A DNA stretch of 64,000 bases. Origin: an uncultured virus (IMG/VR IMGVR_UViG_3300020179_002709). Taxonomy: Duplodnaviria > Heunggongvirae > Uroviricota > Caudoviricetes. Positions 13,024 through 22,636 of the stretch are shown one piece after another. Every line of letters begins with the position of its first letter. Within the stretch, counting starts at the first letter, position 1. Made by a program: the position numbers and the translations under genes. The notes below the pieces were generated by a model that ran no database searches, had not been told where the DNA came from, and saw only the letters and a list, made by a program, of their open reading frames with translations. The stretch is from the IMG/VR virus record IMGVR_UViG_3300020179_002709, positions 1-64,000 of that record; one strand, 5' to 3'.

Positions 13024-13713
13024 ATGAACGTGAAAATTGTTAGTTATTCTAAACCCGAAAGGTGGCTTGCTGATGAAGGTCTATACGACGCACAAGACCT
13101 GGTCGCGTTCTGCGCCAGAGTTTCCAATCCAACCAATCAGTTCAATACCGAGACTTCTGAAAAGCTCATCCGATACCTTGTCAGAAACAGACATTGGTCA
13201 CCCCTTGAAATGGTTTCACTCTGCTTGGAAATTGAAACCACAAGAGACATTGCAAGACAACTCCTACGTCATAGATCATTTTCCTTTCAAGAGTTCTCCC
13301 AACGATATAGTGACCCAGTTAAAGAACTCAATTTCGTTCTTAGAGAGTGTCGGTTACAAGACCCAACTAATAGACAAAACTCCGTTGAGTTAAAATACGG
13401 AGACGATGATCATAGGAGGCTGGCCTATCAATGGGAACTAATACAGAAAAAAGTAATTGATGAGGCTAAAAATGCCTACCTTTGGGCCATAGAAAAAGGT
13501 ATTGCCAAAGAGCAAGCCCGGAGTGTATTACCAGAAGGAAATACTGTTTCAAAGCTGTATTGCAACGGTTCTCTGAGATCTTGGGTGCACTATATACAAC
13601 TACGATCCTCCAACGGAACGCAAAAAGAACATATCGAAGTGGCTAAAGCATGCGCCAAAGTGATCAGTGATGTGTTCCCACTCATTCAAGACTTTGTAGA
13701 AAAAAATAACTAG
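13024..13713 (+). CDS. thyX: FAD-dependent thymidylate synthase
   Basis: Signature RHRSFSFQEFSQRY and HWSPLE; start moved to the ATG at 13024. Confidence 0.95.
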   Translation: MNVKIVSYSKPERWLADEGLYDAQDLVAFCARVSNPTNQFNTETSEKLIRYLVRNRHWSPLEMVSLCLEIETTRDIARQLLRHRSFSFQEFSQRYSDPVKELNFVLRECRLQDPTNRQNSVELKYGDDDHRRLAYQWELIQKKVIDEAKNAYLWAIEKGIAKEQARSVLPEGNTVSKLYCNGSLRSWVHYIQLRSSNGTQKEHIEVAKACAKVISDVFPLIQDFVEKNN

Positions 13714-13722
13714 AGGCAGTGT

Positions 13723-15519
13723 ATGTCTGATTTGATTCACGGCATTAAGGTAGACTATTCTCGAGACTCTCTTTTTGACGAGTTAGGTATTAAGAGACTT
13801 AGAGAAAGCTACATGAAGGAAGAAGAACAATCACCACAAGAGAGGTTTGCTTATGTATCTAAAGCTTTTAGCTCGAACGAAGCACATGCGCAAAGGTTAT
13901 ATGAGTATTCTTCTAGACATTGGCTTTCTTATAGTACTCCCATTTTATCTTTTGGTAGGAGTAAGCGTGGTCTTCCTATATCATGCTTTCTCCCTTACTT
14001 GGACGACTCTGCGGAAGGGCTTGTCGATTGTTTATCGGAAGTTAATTGGTTATCGATGCTAGGAGGAGGTGTAGGAATTGGGATTGGAATTCGTTCAGCT
14101 GATGACAAGTCTGTCGGCGTTATGCCTCACCTTCGTACTTACGATGCTTCTAGTTTGGCTTACAGGCAAGGCCGCACCAGACGTGGCAGTTATGCTGCTT
14201 ATCTTGACATTAGTCACCCTGACATTCTCATATTTTTGGAAATGAGAAAACCAACAGGTGATCCTAATATGAGGACACTTAACTTACATCACGGTATTAA
14301 TGTTACTGATGACTTTATGGAGTTGATTGAGAAGTGTATGCAAGACCCTCACATTGATGATACCTGGGAATTAAAAGACCCACACAATGGAGATGTAAGA
14401 GACAAGGTATCGGCTAGAGAGTTATGGCAAAGAATTTTAGAAATAAGAATGCAGACCGGTGAGCCGTACTTACACTTCATTGATACATCAAATAGAAATA
14501 TGCCAGAGTTTCAAAAGAAACTTGGACTTAAAATAAGACAATCAAATTTATGTTCAGAAATTATTTTACCTACAGATAAAGAGAGAACAGCTGTGTGCTG
14601 TCTATCTTCTCTTAACCTTGAATACTATGATGAGTGGAGAAAAGATGATAAGTTTCTTAAAGACGTGGCTGAAATGCTCGACAATGTTCTTCAATATTTT
14701 ATTGATAATGCTCCTGATGCTATTAGTAGGGCTCGCTACTCAGCTACCCGTGAGCGTTCTATTGGTGTTGGTGCTCTTGGCTGGCATGCTTTATTGCAGC
14801 GTAGCAGTATACCCTGGGAGTCTGCACTGGCTACAAGCCTTAATCACAAAGTTTTCAAGCACGTTAAAAAGGGACTAGATGCGGCTAATAAAGAACTTGG
14901 CACTGAGCGTGGAGAGGCTCCTGACGCTAAAGGTACCGGTCTACGCTTCAGTCATATGTTGGCTATTGCTCCTAATGCTTCTTCATCCATCATCATGGGT
15001 AATACTTCTCCTTCTATTGAGCCTTTTCGGGCTAATGCTTATAGACAGGACACCCTAAGTGGATCATCCTTGAATAAGAATCGATATTTGGATAAAATTA
15101 TAAAAGAAGAGTCTAAAAATCATAAGGAGGGCTGGTATGAAGAAGTATGGTCCAGTATTATTGCTAACGACGGATCAGTTCAACACCTGGAATTCCTCGA
15201 TGATTGGCAAAAAGACATTTTTAAAACGAGTATGGAGATTGACCAACGATGGGTTGTGGAGCACGCAGCTGACAGACAAAATTACATTGACCAAGCGCAA
15301 TCCGTTAACCTCTTTTTTAGACCGGATGTAAATATTAAATATCTACATGCTGTACATTTTCAAGCCTGGAAACAAGGACTTAAAACATTATATTATTGTA
15401 GAAGTGAAAAGTTAGCTAAAGCTGATAAAGTAGCCAAGAAGATAGAACGAGAAGTAATTAAAGAAATTGATCTCAAAGCACTCACAGAAGGTGATGCATG
15501 TCTTGCTTGTGAGGGATAA
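13723..15519 (+). CDS. nrdA: Ribonucleotide reductase class I alpha subunit (no ATP cone)
   Basis: PISCF, SNLCSEI, APNASSS, KTLYYCR and C-terminal CLACEG. Confidence 0.95.
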   Translation: MSDLIHGIKVDYSRDSLFDELGIKRLRESYMKEEEQSPQERFAYVSKAFSSNEAHAQRLYEYSSRHWLSYSTPILSFGRSKRGLPISCFLPYLDDSAEGLVDCLSEVNWLSMLGGGVGIGIGIRSADDKSVGVMPHLRTYDASSLAYRQGRTRRGSYAAYLDISHPDILIFLEMRKPTGDPNMRTLNLHHGINVTDDFMELIEKCMQDPHIDDTWELKDPHNGDVRDKVSARELWQRILEIRMQTGEPYLHFIDTSNRNMPEFQKKLGLKIRQSNLCSEIILPTDKERTAVCCLSSLNLEYYDEWRKDDKFLKDVAEMLDNVLQYFIDNAPDAISRARYSATRERSIGVGALGWHALLQRSSIPWESALATSLNHKVFKHVKKGLDAANKELGTERGEAPDAKGTGLRFSHMLAIAPNASSSIIMGNTSPSIEPFRANAYRQDTLSGSSLNKNRYLDKIIKEESKNHKEGWYEEVWSSIIANDGSVQHLEFLDDWQKDIFKTSMEIDQRWVVEHAADRQNYIDQAQSVNLFFRPDVNIKYLHAVHFQAWKQGLKTLYYCRSEKLAKADKVAKKIEREVIKEIDLKALTEGDACLACEG

Positions 15520-15520
15520 A

Positions 15521-16018
15521 ATGATTATACCTGATACATGGAATAATTTAGATGCATTTGTTGACTGGTACATTAATAATGGATTTCCAAGAAAATCACC
15601 CACCCCGTCCGAAGTTTATTTTACTGATGTAGGCACTAGCGTTATTATTTTCAGACACGACCACTATCAAGCAGAATTTTATATCGGTAGTCCTTACTTT
15701 AATACTTCAAAGCATTACCACCCTTTTGAGCAAACAATTATTGTTGTAGGTGGTAATGGAAAAGGAAGGCGTGGAGATAGCTTAGAAGAAGAACCCGTCT
15801 GGAGTAATATTGATCACAATCAACATAATGTACGTACCGAAGTTCTTCGTTATGATCAATGGCATCAATTATCATCTTATAATAAAGGTATGTACTTTTT
15901 TAATTTACAGCGCTGGCCAGATAAAACAAAAATGTCAAGTGCAATTATAGGATATGAAGGGGATAGTTTAGGACCTGTACATGATGAGCTGATGAAAGAT
16001 TTTAATAAAAAACAATAA
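15521..16018 (+). CDS. Hypothetical protein, possibly cupin-like
   Basis: ATG 2 nt after the nrdA stop; His-rich beta motifs (KHYHPF, QWHQL). Confidence 0.55.
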   Translation: MIIPDTWNNLDAFVDWYINNGFPRKSPTPSEVYFTDVGTSVIIFRHDHYQAEFYIGSPYFNTSKHYHPFEQTIIVVGGNGKGRRGDSLEEEPVWSNIDHNQHNVRTEVLRYDQWHQLSSYNKGMYFFNLQRWPDKTKMSSAIIGYEGDSLGPVHDELMKDFNKKQ

Positions 16019-16030
16019 CAAATTAAGGGA

Positions 16031-17026
16031 ATGCAGATGAAAAAAATAGATTTAAATCTTTCAGAAAACAGAGATCATTTTAAACCATTTTATTACCCAT
16101 GGGCGTATGAGGCATGGCTAAAGCACGAACAATCACACTGGCTTCATACTGAAGTGCCGATGCTCGAAGATGTAAAAGACTGGAATAAAAAATTAACACA
16201 GTCAGAAAAAACTTTTCTTACTAATATTTTTAGATTTTTTACACAGGGTGATATTGATGTTGCTGGAGGGTACGTTAAGAATTATTTACCTTATTTTCCT
16301 CAACCAGAAGTAAGAATGATGCTTTTAGGTTTTGCCGCAAGAGAGGCACTACACGTTGCAGCATACTCCCATCTTATTGAGACTCTTGGATTACCAGAAA
16401 CAATGTATAATGAATTTTTAGAGTATCAAGAAATGAGAGAAAAACATGAATATGTAATGGATATATCGGCTAAGAATTCGACTAAAGAAAATACTGCAAC
16501 ACATATTGCAGTATTCTCAGCCTTTACGGAAGGCATGCAACTTTTCTCTTCATTTATTATGCTACTTAATTTTCCAAGGCACGGCAAAATGAAAGGTATG
16601 GGTCAAATAATTACTTGGTCTATTGTTGATGAGACAATGCATACAGAGAATATGCTCAAGTTATTTAAAACTTTTATTAATGAAAATCCAGAAGTATGGA
16701 ATGATAGTCTTAAGTCTAAAATTTACACCATTGCAGAGAAAATGGTTGAGCTGGAAGATAAGTTTATTGATCTTGCATTTAAGTTAGGACCAATGGAAAA
16801 TTTAACACCTGAGCAAGTTAAACAATATATTAGATATATTGCGGATAGAAGACTTATTTCGATGGGTATGAAAGGTATTTTTAAAGTAAAACGTAACCCA
16901 CTATTGTGGGTTGAAGAAATGATTAACGCCCCTATACATGGAAACTTTTTTGAAAATCGAGTTACTGATTATGCAAAAGGAGCTTTATCCGGTAGATGGG
17001 ACGATGTATGGGGGAAGGCAGCATAA
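16031..17026 (+). CDS. nrdB: Ribonucleotide reductase class Ia beta subunit
   Basis: FFTQGD, REALHxxAY (radical Tyr), FTEG, DETMH, NFFENRVTDY. Confidence 0.95.
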   Translation: MQMKKIDLNLSENRDHFKPFYYPWAYEAWLKHEQSHWLHTEVPMLEDVKDWNKKLTQSEKTFLTNIFRFFTQGDIDVAGGYVKNYLPYFPQPEVRMMLLGFAAREALHVAAYSHLIETLGLPETMYNEFLEYQEMREKHEYVMDISAKNSTKENTATHIAVFSAFTEGMQLFSSFIMLLNFPRHGKMKGMGQIITWSIVDETMHTENMLKLFKTFINENPEVWNDSLKSKIYTIAEKMVELEDKFIDLAFKLGPMENLTPEQVKQYIRYIADRRLISMGMKGIFKVKRNPLLWVEEMINAPIHGNFFENRVTDYAKGALSGRWDDVWGKAA

Positions 17027-17088
17027 TGTACGAAAAATTAGCACAAGAAATACAAAAAGCATGGGCAGAAGAAGGTCAGTTTCATTAA
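17026..17088 (+). CDS. 20-aa micro-ORF MYEKLAQEIQKAWAEEGQFH
   Basis: Fills the nrdB to dCMP deaminase gap exactly, with TAATG stop/start overlaps at both ends. Confidence 0.5.
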   Translation: MYEKLAQEIQKAWAEEGQFH

Positions 17089-17588
17089 TGAAAGAAAAGT
17101 TTGTTAAGTTTTTTATGAGGGTAGCAGAAGAAACAGCTACCCTTTCTTATGCAACCAGACTTAAAGTAGGCGCAGTAATAGTAAAAGATAAAAATATTAT
17201 TTCTTTTGGATACAATGGTACACCAGAAGGAATGGATAACAGTTGTGAAAGTATTGACTTTATTGCAGATAATACCGAGCTGGTTTATGATGAAATGGTC
17301 AGTCAAGGTTATACTTTTGGAGCATATAAAGACACAGCAGGGTGGGTAAAGTCAAAAACTAAACCAGAAGTAATTCATGCTGAAGCTAATGCAATTACTA
17401 AACTAGCAAGGCAAGGAGGCTCAGGAGAAGGTTCTACTCTTTTTCTTACTCATGCTCCTTGTATTGAGTGTTCTAAAATGATTATACAAGCAGGAATAAA
17501 AACTGTTTACTGGAAAATACCTTATAGAGAGTCCTCCGGGTTAGATTTGCTACATAAGGCAGGTGTAACTATTTTTAAGACGGAGTAA
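17088..17588 (+). CDS. cd: dCMP deaminase
   Basis: GYNG, HAEANAI and PCxxC motifs; start at ATG 17088. Confidence 0.92.
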   Translation: MKEKFVKFFMRVAEETATLSYATRLKVGAVIVKDKNIISFGYNGTPEGMDNSCESIDFIADNTELVYDEMVSQGYTFGAYKDTAGWVKSKTKPEVIHAEANAITKLARQGGSGEGSTLFLTHAPCIECSKMIIQAGIKTVYWKIPYRESSGLDLLHKAGVTIFKTE

Positions 17589-17590
17589 AT

Positions 17591-17770
17591 ATGTCAGATA
17601 AAGATAATTTAAATTGTTACGAATGCGGAGCTGAATTTCTAGTTCAGCCGGCATTTGATATTGAAGAACCAATTTCGTTTTGTCCTTATTGCGGTAGTGA
17701 GATAGAGCACGAAGAAGTTGATGATGACCTCGACGGCGATATGGATGACGATGAAGATTATAGGTATTGA
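17591..17770 (+). CDS. Small zinc-ribbon protein with acidic tail (59 aa, absent from the ORF track)
   Basis: MSDKDNLNCYECGAEF...FCPYCGSEIEHEEVDDDLDGDMDDDEDYRY; GGAG SD. Confidence 0.75.
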   Translation: MSDKDNLNCYECGAEFLVQPAFDIEEPISFCPYCGSEIEHEEVDDDLDGDMDDDEDYRY

Positions 17771-18299
17771 TTTATCCCTTACAAGCCCAGCTTGTTGTTT
17801 CTTTGAGGGTGATGAACTTAATGTAAATGGATGTAAATTTTTTTACCTTACTAATAATAAAAAATTAGAAGGTAATATCACACCATTTAACGGCACCATG
17901 ATACAAGAGTATAATAATGATATCGAAAGATATTATAATATTACTAAATGGATAGTTCACATCATATACGAAGAAAGCCCTGAGCATATTTTTATTGAGG
18001 ACTACTCTTTTTCATCAACTGGTAGAGTTTTTAATATAGCTGAGAACTGCGGTATACTAAAATTTACGTTATGGAAATCAGGCATAACTTATACTACCAT
18101 ACCTCCTACTGTGGTTAAAAAACAAGCTACTGGAAAAGGTAACTCTAATAAGGCTGCAATGGAAATTGCATTCCGTAACGAAACTGGATATGATATTAGA
18201 AAAATGTTAAAATTATCTAATTCCGCATCTAACCCCGTATCAGATATTATCGATAGTTATTATGTTTGTAAAGCAGGCTTACACTATGAGAAAACCTAA
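17751..18299 (+). CDS. RuvC-like Holliday junction resolvase
   Basis: MKIIGIDLSLT, FIEDY, KKQATGKGNSNK, DIIDS. Confidence 0.85.
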   Translation: MKIIGIDLSLTSPACCFFEGDELNVNGCKFFYLTNNKKLEGNITPFNGTMIQEYNNDIERYYNITKWIVHIIYEESPEHIFIEDYSFSSTGRVFNIAENCGILKFTLWKSGITYTTIPPTVVKKQATGKGNSNKAAMEIAFRNETGYDIRKMLKLSNSASNPVSDIIDSYYVCKAGLHYEKT

Positions 18300-18477
18300 A
18301 CGACCGCAGTTCCTAATTAAGAGAGGTTTAAAATTTAAAAACCGTCTTAATGGGGAGCTTATCTTAGGTGACCTTATCAATGAAGAAGATATTGATGGTA
18401 AATCCTATTTCGTTATACGCAACGAAAAAGGTAATGTGATTAAATTAACTAAGGAGGCGTACTCGCTACAAAAATGA
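18286..18477 (+). CDS. Hypothetical protein
   Basis: 63 aa from ATG 18286; overlaps both neighbours. Confidence 0.55.
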   Translation: MRKPKRPQFLIKRGLKFKNRLNGELILGDLINEEDIDGKSYFVIRNEKGNVIKLTKEAYSLQK

Positions 18478-18653
18478 AATCAACTAGTACCTTTAAAATG
18501 AACAAAACTACAAAAAGAATGCTTTCGCTTTTTCCTTTTCCTGATCAAAAAAGCTTAATGCACTTTCGTAAACACATGATCATGTCTCAACTTATTTCCG
18601 AACAAGCCCAGCGCACAGTACAGAAAAATTCTAAAGACACTGACCAGGCTTGA
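18474..18653 (+). CDS. Hypothetical protein (59 aa, absent from the ORF track)
   Basis: MKSTSTFKMNKTTKRML...; ATGA-coupled to the upstream gene. Confidence 0.55.
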   Translation: MKSTSTFKMNKTTKRMLSLFPFPDQKSLMHFRKHMIMSQLISEQAQRTVQKNSKDTDQA

Positions 18654-18678
18654 TTTTTTTTGAAGTAAATATTATATT
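18650..18678 (+). promoter_or_regulatory. Sigma70-type promoter
   Basis: TTGATT-N17-TATATT upstream of the HTH-like gene. Confidence 0.6.
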
Positions 18679-18722
18679 GTATAGGCCAGTTAGGCATTTA
18701 ATTTAACATGAAAGGAAATAAT

Positions 18723-18980
18723 ATGTTTACTCAGAAGCAAAAACTCCGTAAAGCTTTTTTCGAAGGCCGTGAAATGTCCTCCAAGCAAATTACCGCTCAA
18801 TTTGGCATTGCGTCTCCCTCGAAAGTAGTTTCTACTCTTCGTATGGAAGATGGTCTTCCCATTTACAATAACCGTCATGTAGATACTAAAGGCCGTGTTG
18901 TTAACAAGTACCGCCTTGGTACACCTTCACGTAAAGTGATTGCAGCCGGTTATCGTGCCCTTGCTGCTGGTTTGGTTTAA
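18723..18980 (+). CDS. Small basic winged-HTH-like protein
   Basis: AAAGGAA SD; QITAQFGIASPSKVVSTLR...KYRLGTPSRKVIAAGY. Has its own promoter and terminator. Confidence 0.7.
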   Translation: MFTQKQKLRKAFFEGREMSSKQITAQFGIASPSKVVSTLRMEDGLPIYNNRHVDTKGRVVNKYRLGTPSRKVIAAGYRALAAGLV

Positions 18981-18999
18981 TTTGTAAAGGTGTAACAGA

Positions 19000-19027
19000 A
19001 GAGGGGCAAACGCCCCTCTCTTTGTTT
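19000..19027 (+). terminator. Rho-independent terminator
   Basis: AGAGGGGC-AAAC-GCCCCTCT hairpin followed by CTTTGTTT. Confidence 0.85.
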
Positions 19028-19039
19028 ATGGAGAATTAA

Positions 19040-19309
19040 ATGGTAAGTAAAGTAGATAATATCGAGGGTCGAAAGTGGCTTGTGGACATGCTTAAAGCTG
19101 GCCCTGCAAGAGTAATATTTACAAAAAAAGACGGTACTGAACGTATTATGAACTGTACTCTTAATTCAGGCCTTACTGAAGATTTTGAAAAAAAGACTGA
19201 TCGAGTCAAAGAACCAAATCCTGAGGTATGCCCGGTATATGATTTAGATGCTAAAGGTTGGAGATCATTTCGATTTGATAGTGTTAAAGCAGTAGAGTTT
19301 GATTTATGA
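19040..19309 (+). CDS. WYL_2/SH3-like domain protein
   Basis: FTKKDGTERIMNCT...YDLDAKGWRSFRFDSV. Confidence 0.8.
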   Translation: MVSKVDNIEGRKWLVDMLKAGPARVIFTKKDGTERIMNCTLNSGLTEDFEKKTDRVKEPNPEVCPVYDLDAKGWRSFRFDSVKAVEFDL

Positions 19310-19722
19310 AAGTAGGAATAACATTTGGTGCGTTTGACTTGTGTCATGCCGGACACAATCTTATGTTTGGAGAATGTAAACAGAATTGTGACTATTTAAT
19401 TGTAGGCCTTCAAGCTGATCCTTCAATTGAAAGAAAAGAAAAGAATAAACCTGTACAGAGCCTGTTTGAACGCTACGTGCAACTTAATTCATGCAGATAC
19501 ATAAGCGAGGTTATACCTTATGTGTACGAAGCAGAGATCGAAGAAATACTAAGGTCGATTAAACCTAATGTTAGGTTTGTAGGTGCTGATTATATTGGTC
19601 GTGATTTTACCGCTAAACAATACTGCCTAGATAATAATATAGAATTATACTTTAATAATCGTGATCACGGATTTAGTACGACTGAGTTGAGGAAACGAAT
19701 TGAGACTGCTTATAACCGGTAG
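19306..19722 (+). CDS. Cytidylyltransferase (TagD/RfaE-domain-II superfamily)
   Basis: GAFDLCHAGH (HxGH) and RDHGFSTT motifs. Confidence 0.85.
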   Translation: MKVGITFGAFDLCHAGHNLMFGECKQNCDYLIVGLQADPSIERKEKNKPVQSLFERYVQLNSCRYISEVIPYVYEAEIEEILRSIKPNVRFVGADYIGRDFTAKQYCLDNNIELYFNNRDHGFSTTELRKRIETAYNR

Positions 19723-20665
19723 CGCCGGATACATTGGTTCAGTGCTTTGTAAAGTTGCACAAGAAAAAGGTCATTTTGTACTAGGAACAGACGTTAATAT
19801 TCCTGCTCATGACTATTACGATGAGTTTGTTCATGATAGCATAGTAAAAAATTCCGTTGCATATGAAGCAAGCAACTTAAAAGTAGACGCAGTATTTCAT
19901 CTAGCAGCCTCGGCTGACGTTTCTCATAGCACTCGTAGGCCTTCCCTTTACTACAATAATAACATCGGAGCCACATCTAAGTTATTAGATAACCTAATAA
20001 TGATGGGATGGAAGGGACCTGTCATCTTTTCTTCTACCGCTGCTGTATACGGTACAAGAGCTACACCCTGCACTGAAGATCTTACACCTACACCTTTTAC
20101 GGCATATGGTAGAAGCAAACTTATGTGTGAGCATCTTCTAAAAGATGTTTGGAATTGCAATCAAATACCTTCAGTGTCGTTTAGATATTTTAATGTAGCC
20201 GGAGCATATACTGACGTTGGTGATCACTTAGAATCAGGTCACGTAATACAAAAACTATGCAATAGCGCATCTACAAAAGAGCAATTTAATATATTTGGTA
20301 ATAGATATCAAACAATTGACGGTACATGCGTTAGAGATTATATTCACGTATTAGATGTATGTGAAGCACAATTCACTGCCTTAAATTATTTAAACAGTAA
20401 CCCCGGTGCGCATATATTTAATTTAGGAACAAAAAGTGGTATATCTGTTAAGCAACTATATGAAAAATTCTGTAATATTACTGGTGAAAAAATAAAAGCA
20501 GTTTATGATATTGCAAGAGAAGGGGACCCAGATTTTTTAGTAGCAGATCCCACGAAGTTTATTAACGCAACTGACTTTAATTATAGTCATAGTAATATAG
20601 AAAAAATAATTGATAGTGCTTGGAAATGGTACAGTAATCACAGGAGAAATAATAATGCCGTTTGA
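19700..20665 (+). CDS. galE: NAD-dependent sugar epimerase (GalE-like)
   Basis: TGSAGYIGS, FSSTAAVYG, YGRSK, RYFNVAG, DGTCVRDYIHV. Confidence 0.85.
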   Translation: MRLLITGSAGYIGSVLCKVAQEKGHFVLGTDVNIPAHDYYDEFVHDSIVKNSVAYEASNLKVDAVFHLAASADVSHSTRRPSLYYNNNIGATSKLLDNLIMMGWKGPVIFSSTAAVYGTRATPCTEDLTPTPFTAYGRSKLMCEHLLKDVWNCNQIPSVSFRYFNVAGAYTDVGDHLESGHVIQKLCNSASTKEQFNIFGNRYQTIDGTCVRDYIHVLDVCEAQFTALNYLNSNPGAHIFNLGTKSGISVKQLYEKFCNITGEKIKAVYDIAREGDPDFLVADPTKFINATDFNYSHSNIEKIIDSAWKWYSNHRRNNNAV

Positions 20666-21656
20666 AGAAAATGAAATAAGCAAAAACAGTCAAGGTGGTA
20701 CGGAAAGCGTTAAAAGAGAGCTAGCTAAAAGATTACCAGAAGGACTCGCTGACAATTTTCAAATTATTTGCTCAAGAGTAAGAGAGCTTGAAGAAGATAA
20801 AATTAGAGTTTATTGGTTACATGACCTACCAGAAGACCCTGAAACTAATCATCTTAAAGATGAAACTAGTAGAGATAAATTTCACAAAATAGTGTTTTGT
20901 GGTAACTGGCAATATAACAGATATAAAGATTACCTAGGTATTCCTCCGTCTAGAAAACATATAGTTATTGATACCCCTATTGAACCATTTGACGGAGATG
21001 TATTCTCTAAAAAGGATCCTGAAACAATAAATTTAATTTATACATCCACCCCACAAAGAGGGCTCGAACTACTAGTCCCTATTTTTGAAGAACTAGCAAA
21101 GACCCACAAAGATATTCATTTACATGTTTTTTCCAGCTTTAAAATTTATGGGTGGGAAGAAGCAGATAATAAATTTGAACCATTGTACGAAAAAATAAGA
21201 AAACATCCGCAAATGACATACCACGGATTTCAACCGAACGCAGTAGTTAGAGAATATGTTGAAAAGGCAGATATATTTGCATACCCTTCCATATGGATGG
21301 AATGTAATAGTAGGAGCTTGATTGAAGCAATGTCAGCCGGGGCATTATGCGTACATCCTAACCTAGGTGGACTAACAGATACATCCGGTAATTTAACTTT
21401 TATGTACCAAACAGATGCCGACATTAACACTCATGTTGCCATCTTTATGCAAACCTTAGATACTGCAATTAAAATTATTAGAGATAATAAAGACATACAT
21501 TCCTATTTAAGGTTTGTAAAGGCTTATGCAGATACAAGATATAATTGGAACAAAATTACTTCACAATGGATAGATGTTTTAGATAAGCTTAATAATGAGT
21601 ATAAAGACATGGGTAGTAGAAAAATCCCAGCAGAGAAATTTGTTTATAAGCCATGA
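20655..21656 (+). CDS. Glycosyltransferase, GT4/GT-B family
   Basis: GGTE, YTSTPQRGL, YPSIWME...IEAMSAG. Confidence 0.85.
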   Translation: MPFEENEISKNSQGGTESVKRELAKRLPEGLADNFQIICSRVRELEEDKIRVYWLHDLPEDPETNHLKDETSRDKFHKIVFCGNWQYNRYKDYLGIPPSRKHIVIDTPIEPFDGDVFSKKDPETINLIYTSTPQRGLELLVPIFEELAKTHKDIHLHVFSSFKIYGWEEADNKFEPLYEKIRKHPQMTYHGFQPNAVVREYVEKADIFAYPSIWMECNSRSLIEAMSAGALCVHPNLGGLTDTSGNLTFMYQTDADINTHVAIFMQTLDTAIKIIRDNKDIHSYLRFVKAYADTRYNWNKITSQWIDVLDKLNNEYKDMGSRKIPAEKFVYKP

Positions 21657-22636
21657 TTGTAACTAAAACACCACTTAGGGTAAGTTTTTTTGGCGGAGGC
21701 ACTGACCTCCCAGAGTTTTACGATCACTTACCCGGAGCAGTTCTTTCTGCTGCTATTGATATTAATATGTTTATTGCTATCAATGAATCACCTAAGCAGA
21801 GAGTTAAAGCGTGCTATGACGAGATTGAAATAGTAGATACTGCTGCTTACCTTAATCACAATAGAATAAGAGAAACTTTATTATACTATAACGTACATAA
21901 CAACATTGAGATATCTTCTTTCTGTCACATACCAACTAAAGGTACCGGGCTAGGATCATCATCAACGTATACTGTTGGACTGTGTAAGGCTATTTCAGAA
22001 TATATTAAGCAACCGGCTACCAAGCATGAATTAGCCGATTCTGCTTACTTTATTGAAAGACAAAGATGTAATGAAAAACTCGGTAAGCAGGATCAATATG
22101 CAGCTGCATTTGGAGGTATTAACCTAATTCAATTTTATTCTAACGAAACGGTAGTTAATCCTGTTAATATTACTTACGATAGAATAAAAAAACTAGAAGA
22201 CAATCTAATGTTTTTCTACACCAACATTACAAGAAAATCTAACGATATATTAGAAAAACAAGCACAAAGTTCCCTTGAGGATAATAAGGTAAAATATAAC
22301 CTTAAAAAAATGGCTGACTGCGCCCTTGACGGAACAAAGATATTAACAAAGTCAAGTAGGTTATCTGACTTAGGTAGCATGCTAGACTACTCCTGGGCTC
22401 TTAAGCGACAAGTGACTAAAGGCATCTCAAATGATATTATTGATTCATATTATTCAGATGCACTTAGCGCCGGCGCATTAGGTGGTAAGCTTCTTGGTGC
22501 CGGGGGCGGAGGCTTCCTAATGTTTTACGTACCAGAAAAAAATCAATCCAAAGTTAGACAAAAGCTCTCTTCATTACAAGAATATAAATTTAAATTTTCA
22601 TTTAACGGCTCTGAGGTTGTATTAAATGCTAATTAA
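21653..22636 (+). CDS. hddA: GHMP sugar kinase, D-glycero-D-manno-heptose-7-phosphate kinase-like
   Basis: PLRVSFFGGGTD, PxGTGLGSSS, GKQDQYAAAFGG, GKLLGAGGGGF. Confidence 0.85.
   Translation: MIVTKTPLRVSFFGGGTDLPEFYDHLPGAVLSAAIDINMFIAINESPKQRVKACYDEIEIVDTAAYLNHNRIRETLLYYNVHNNIEISSFCHIPTKGTGLGSSSTYTVGLCKAISEYIKQPATKHELADSAYFIERQRCNEKLGKQDQYAAAFGGINLIQFYSNETVVNPVNITYDRIKKLEDNLMFFYTNITRKSNDILEKQAQSSLEDNKVKYNLKKMADCALDGTKILTKSSRLSDLGSMLDYSWALKRQVTKGISNDIIDSYYSDALSAGALGGKLLGAGGGGFLMFYVPEKNQSKVRQKLSSLQEYKFKFSFNGSEVVLNAN

Noticed and set aside
13723..17026. Introns or inteins in nrdA/nrdB
   Set aside because: Both ORFs are continuous and of normal length, with no splicing or endonuclease motifs.
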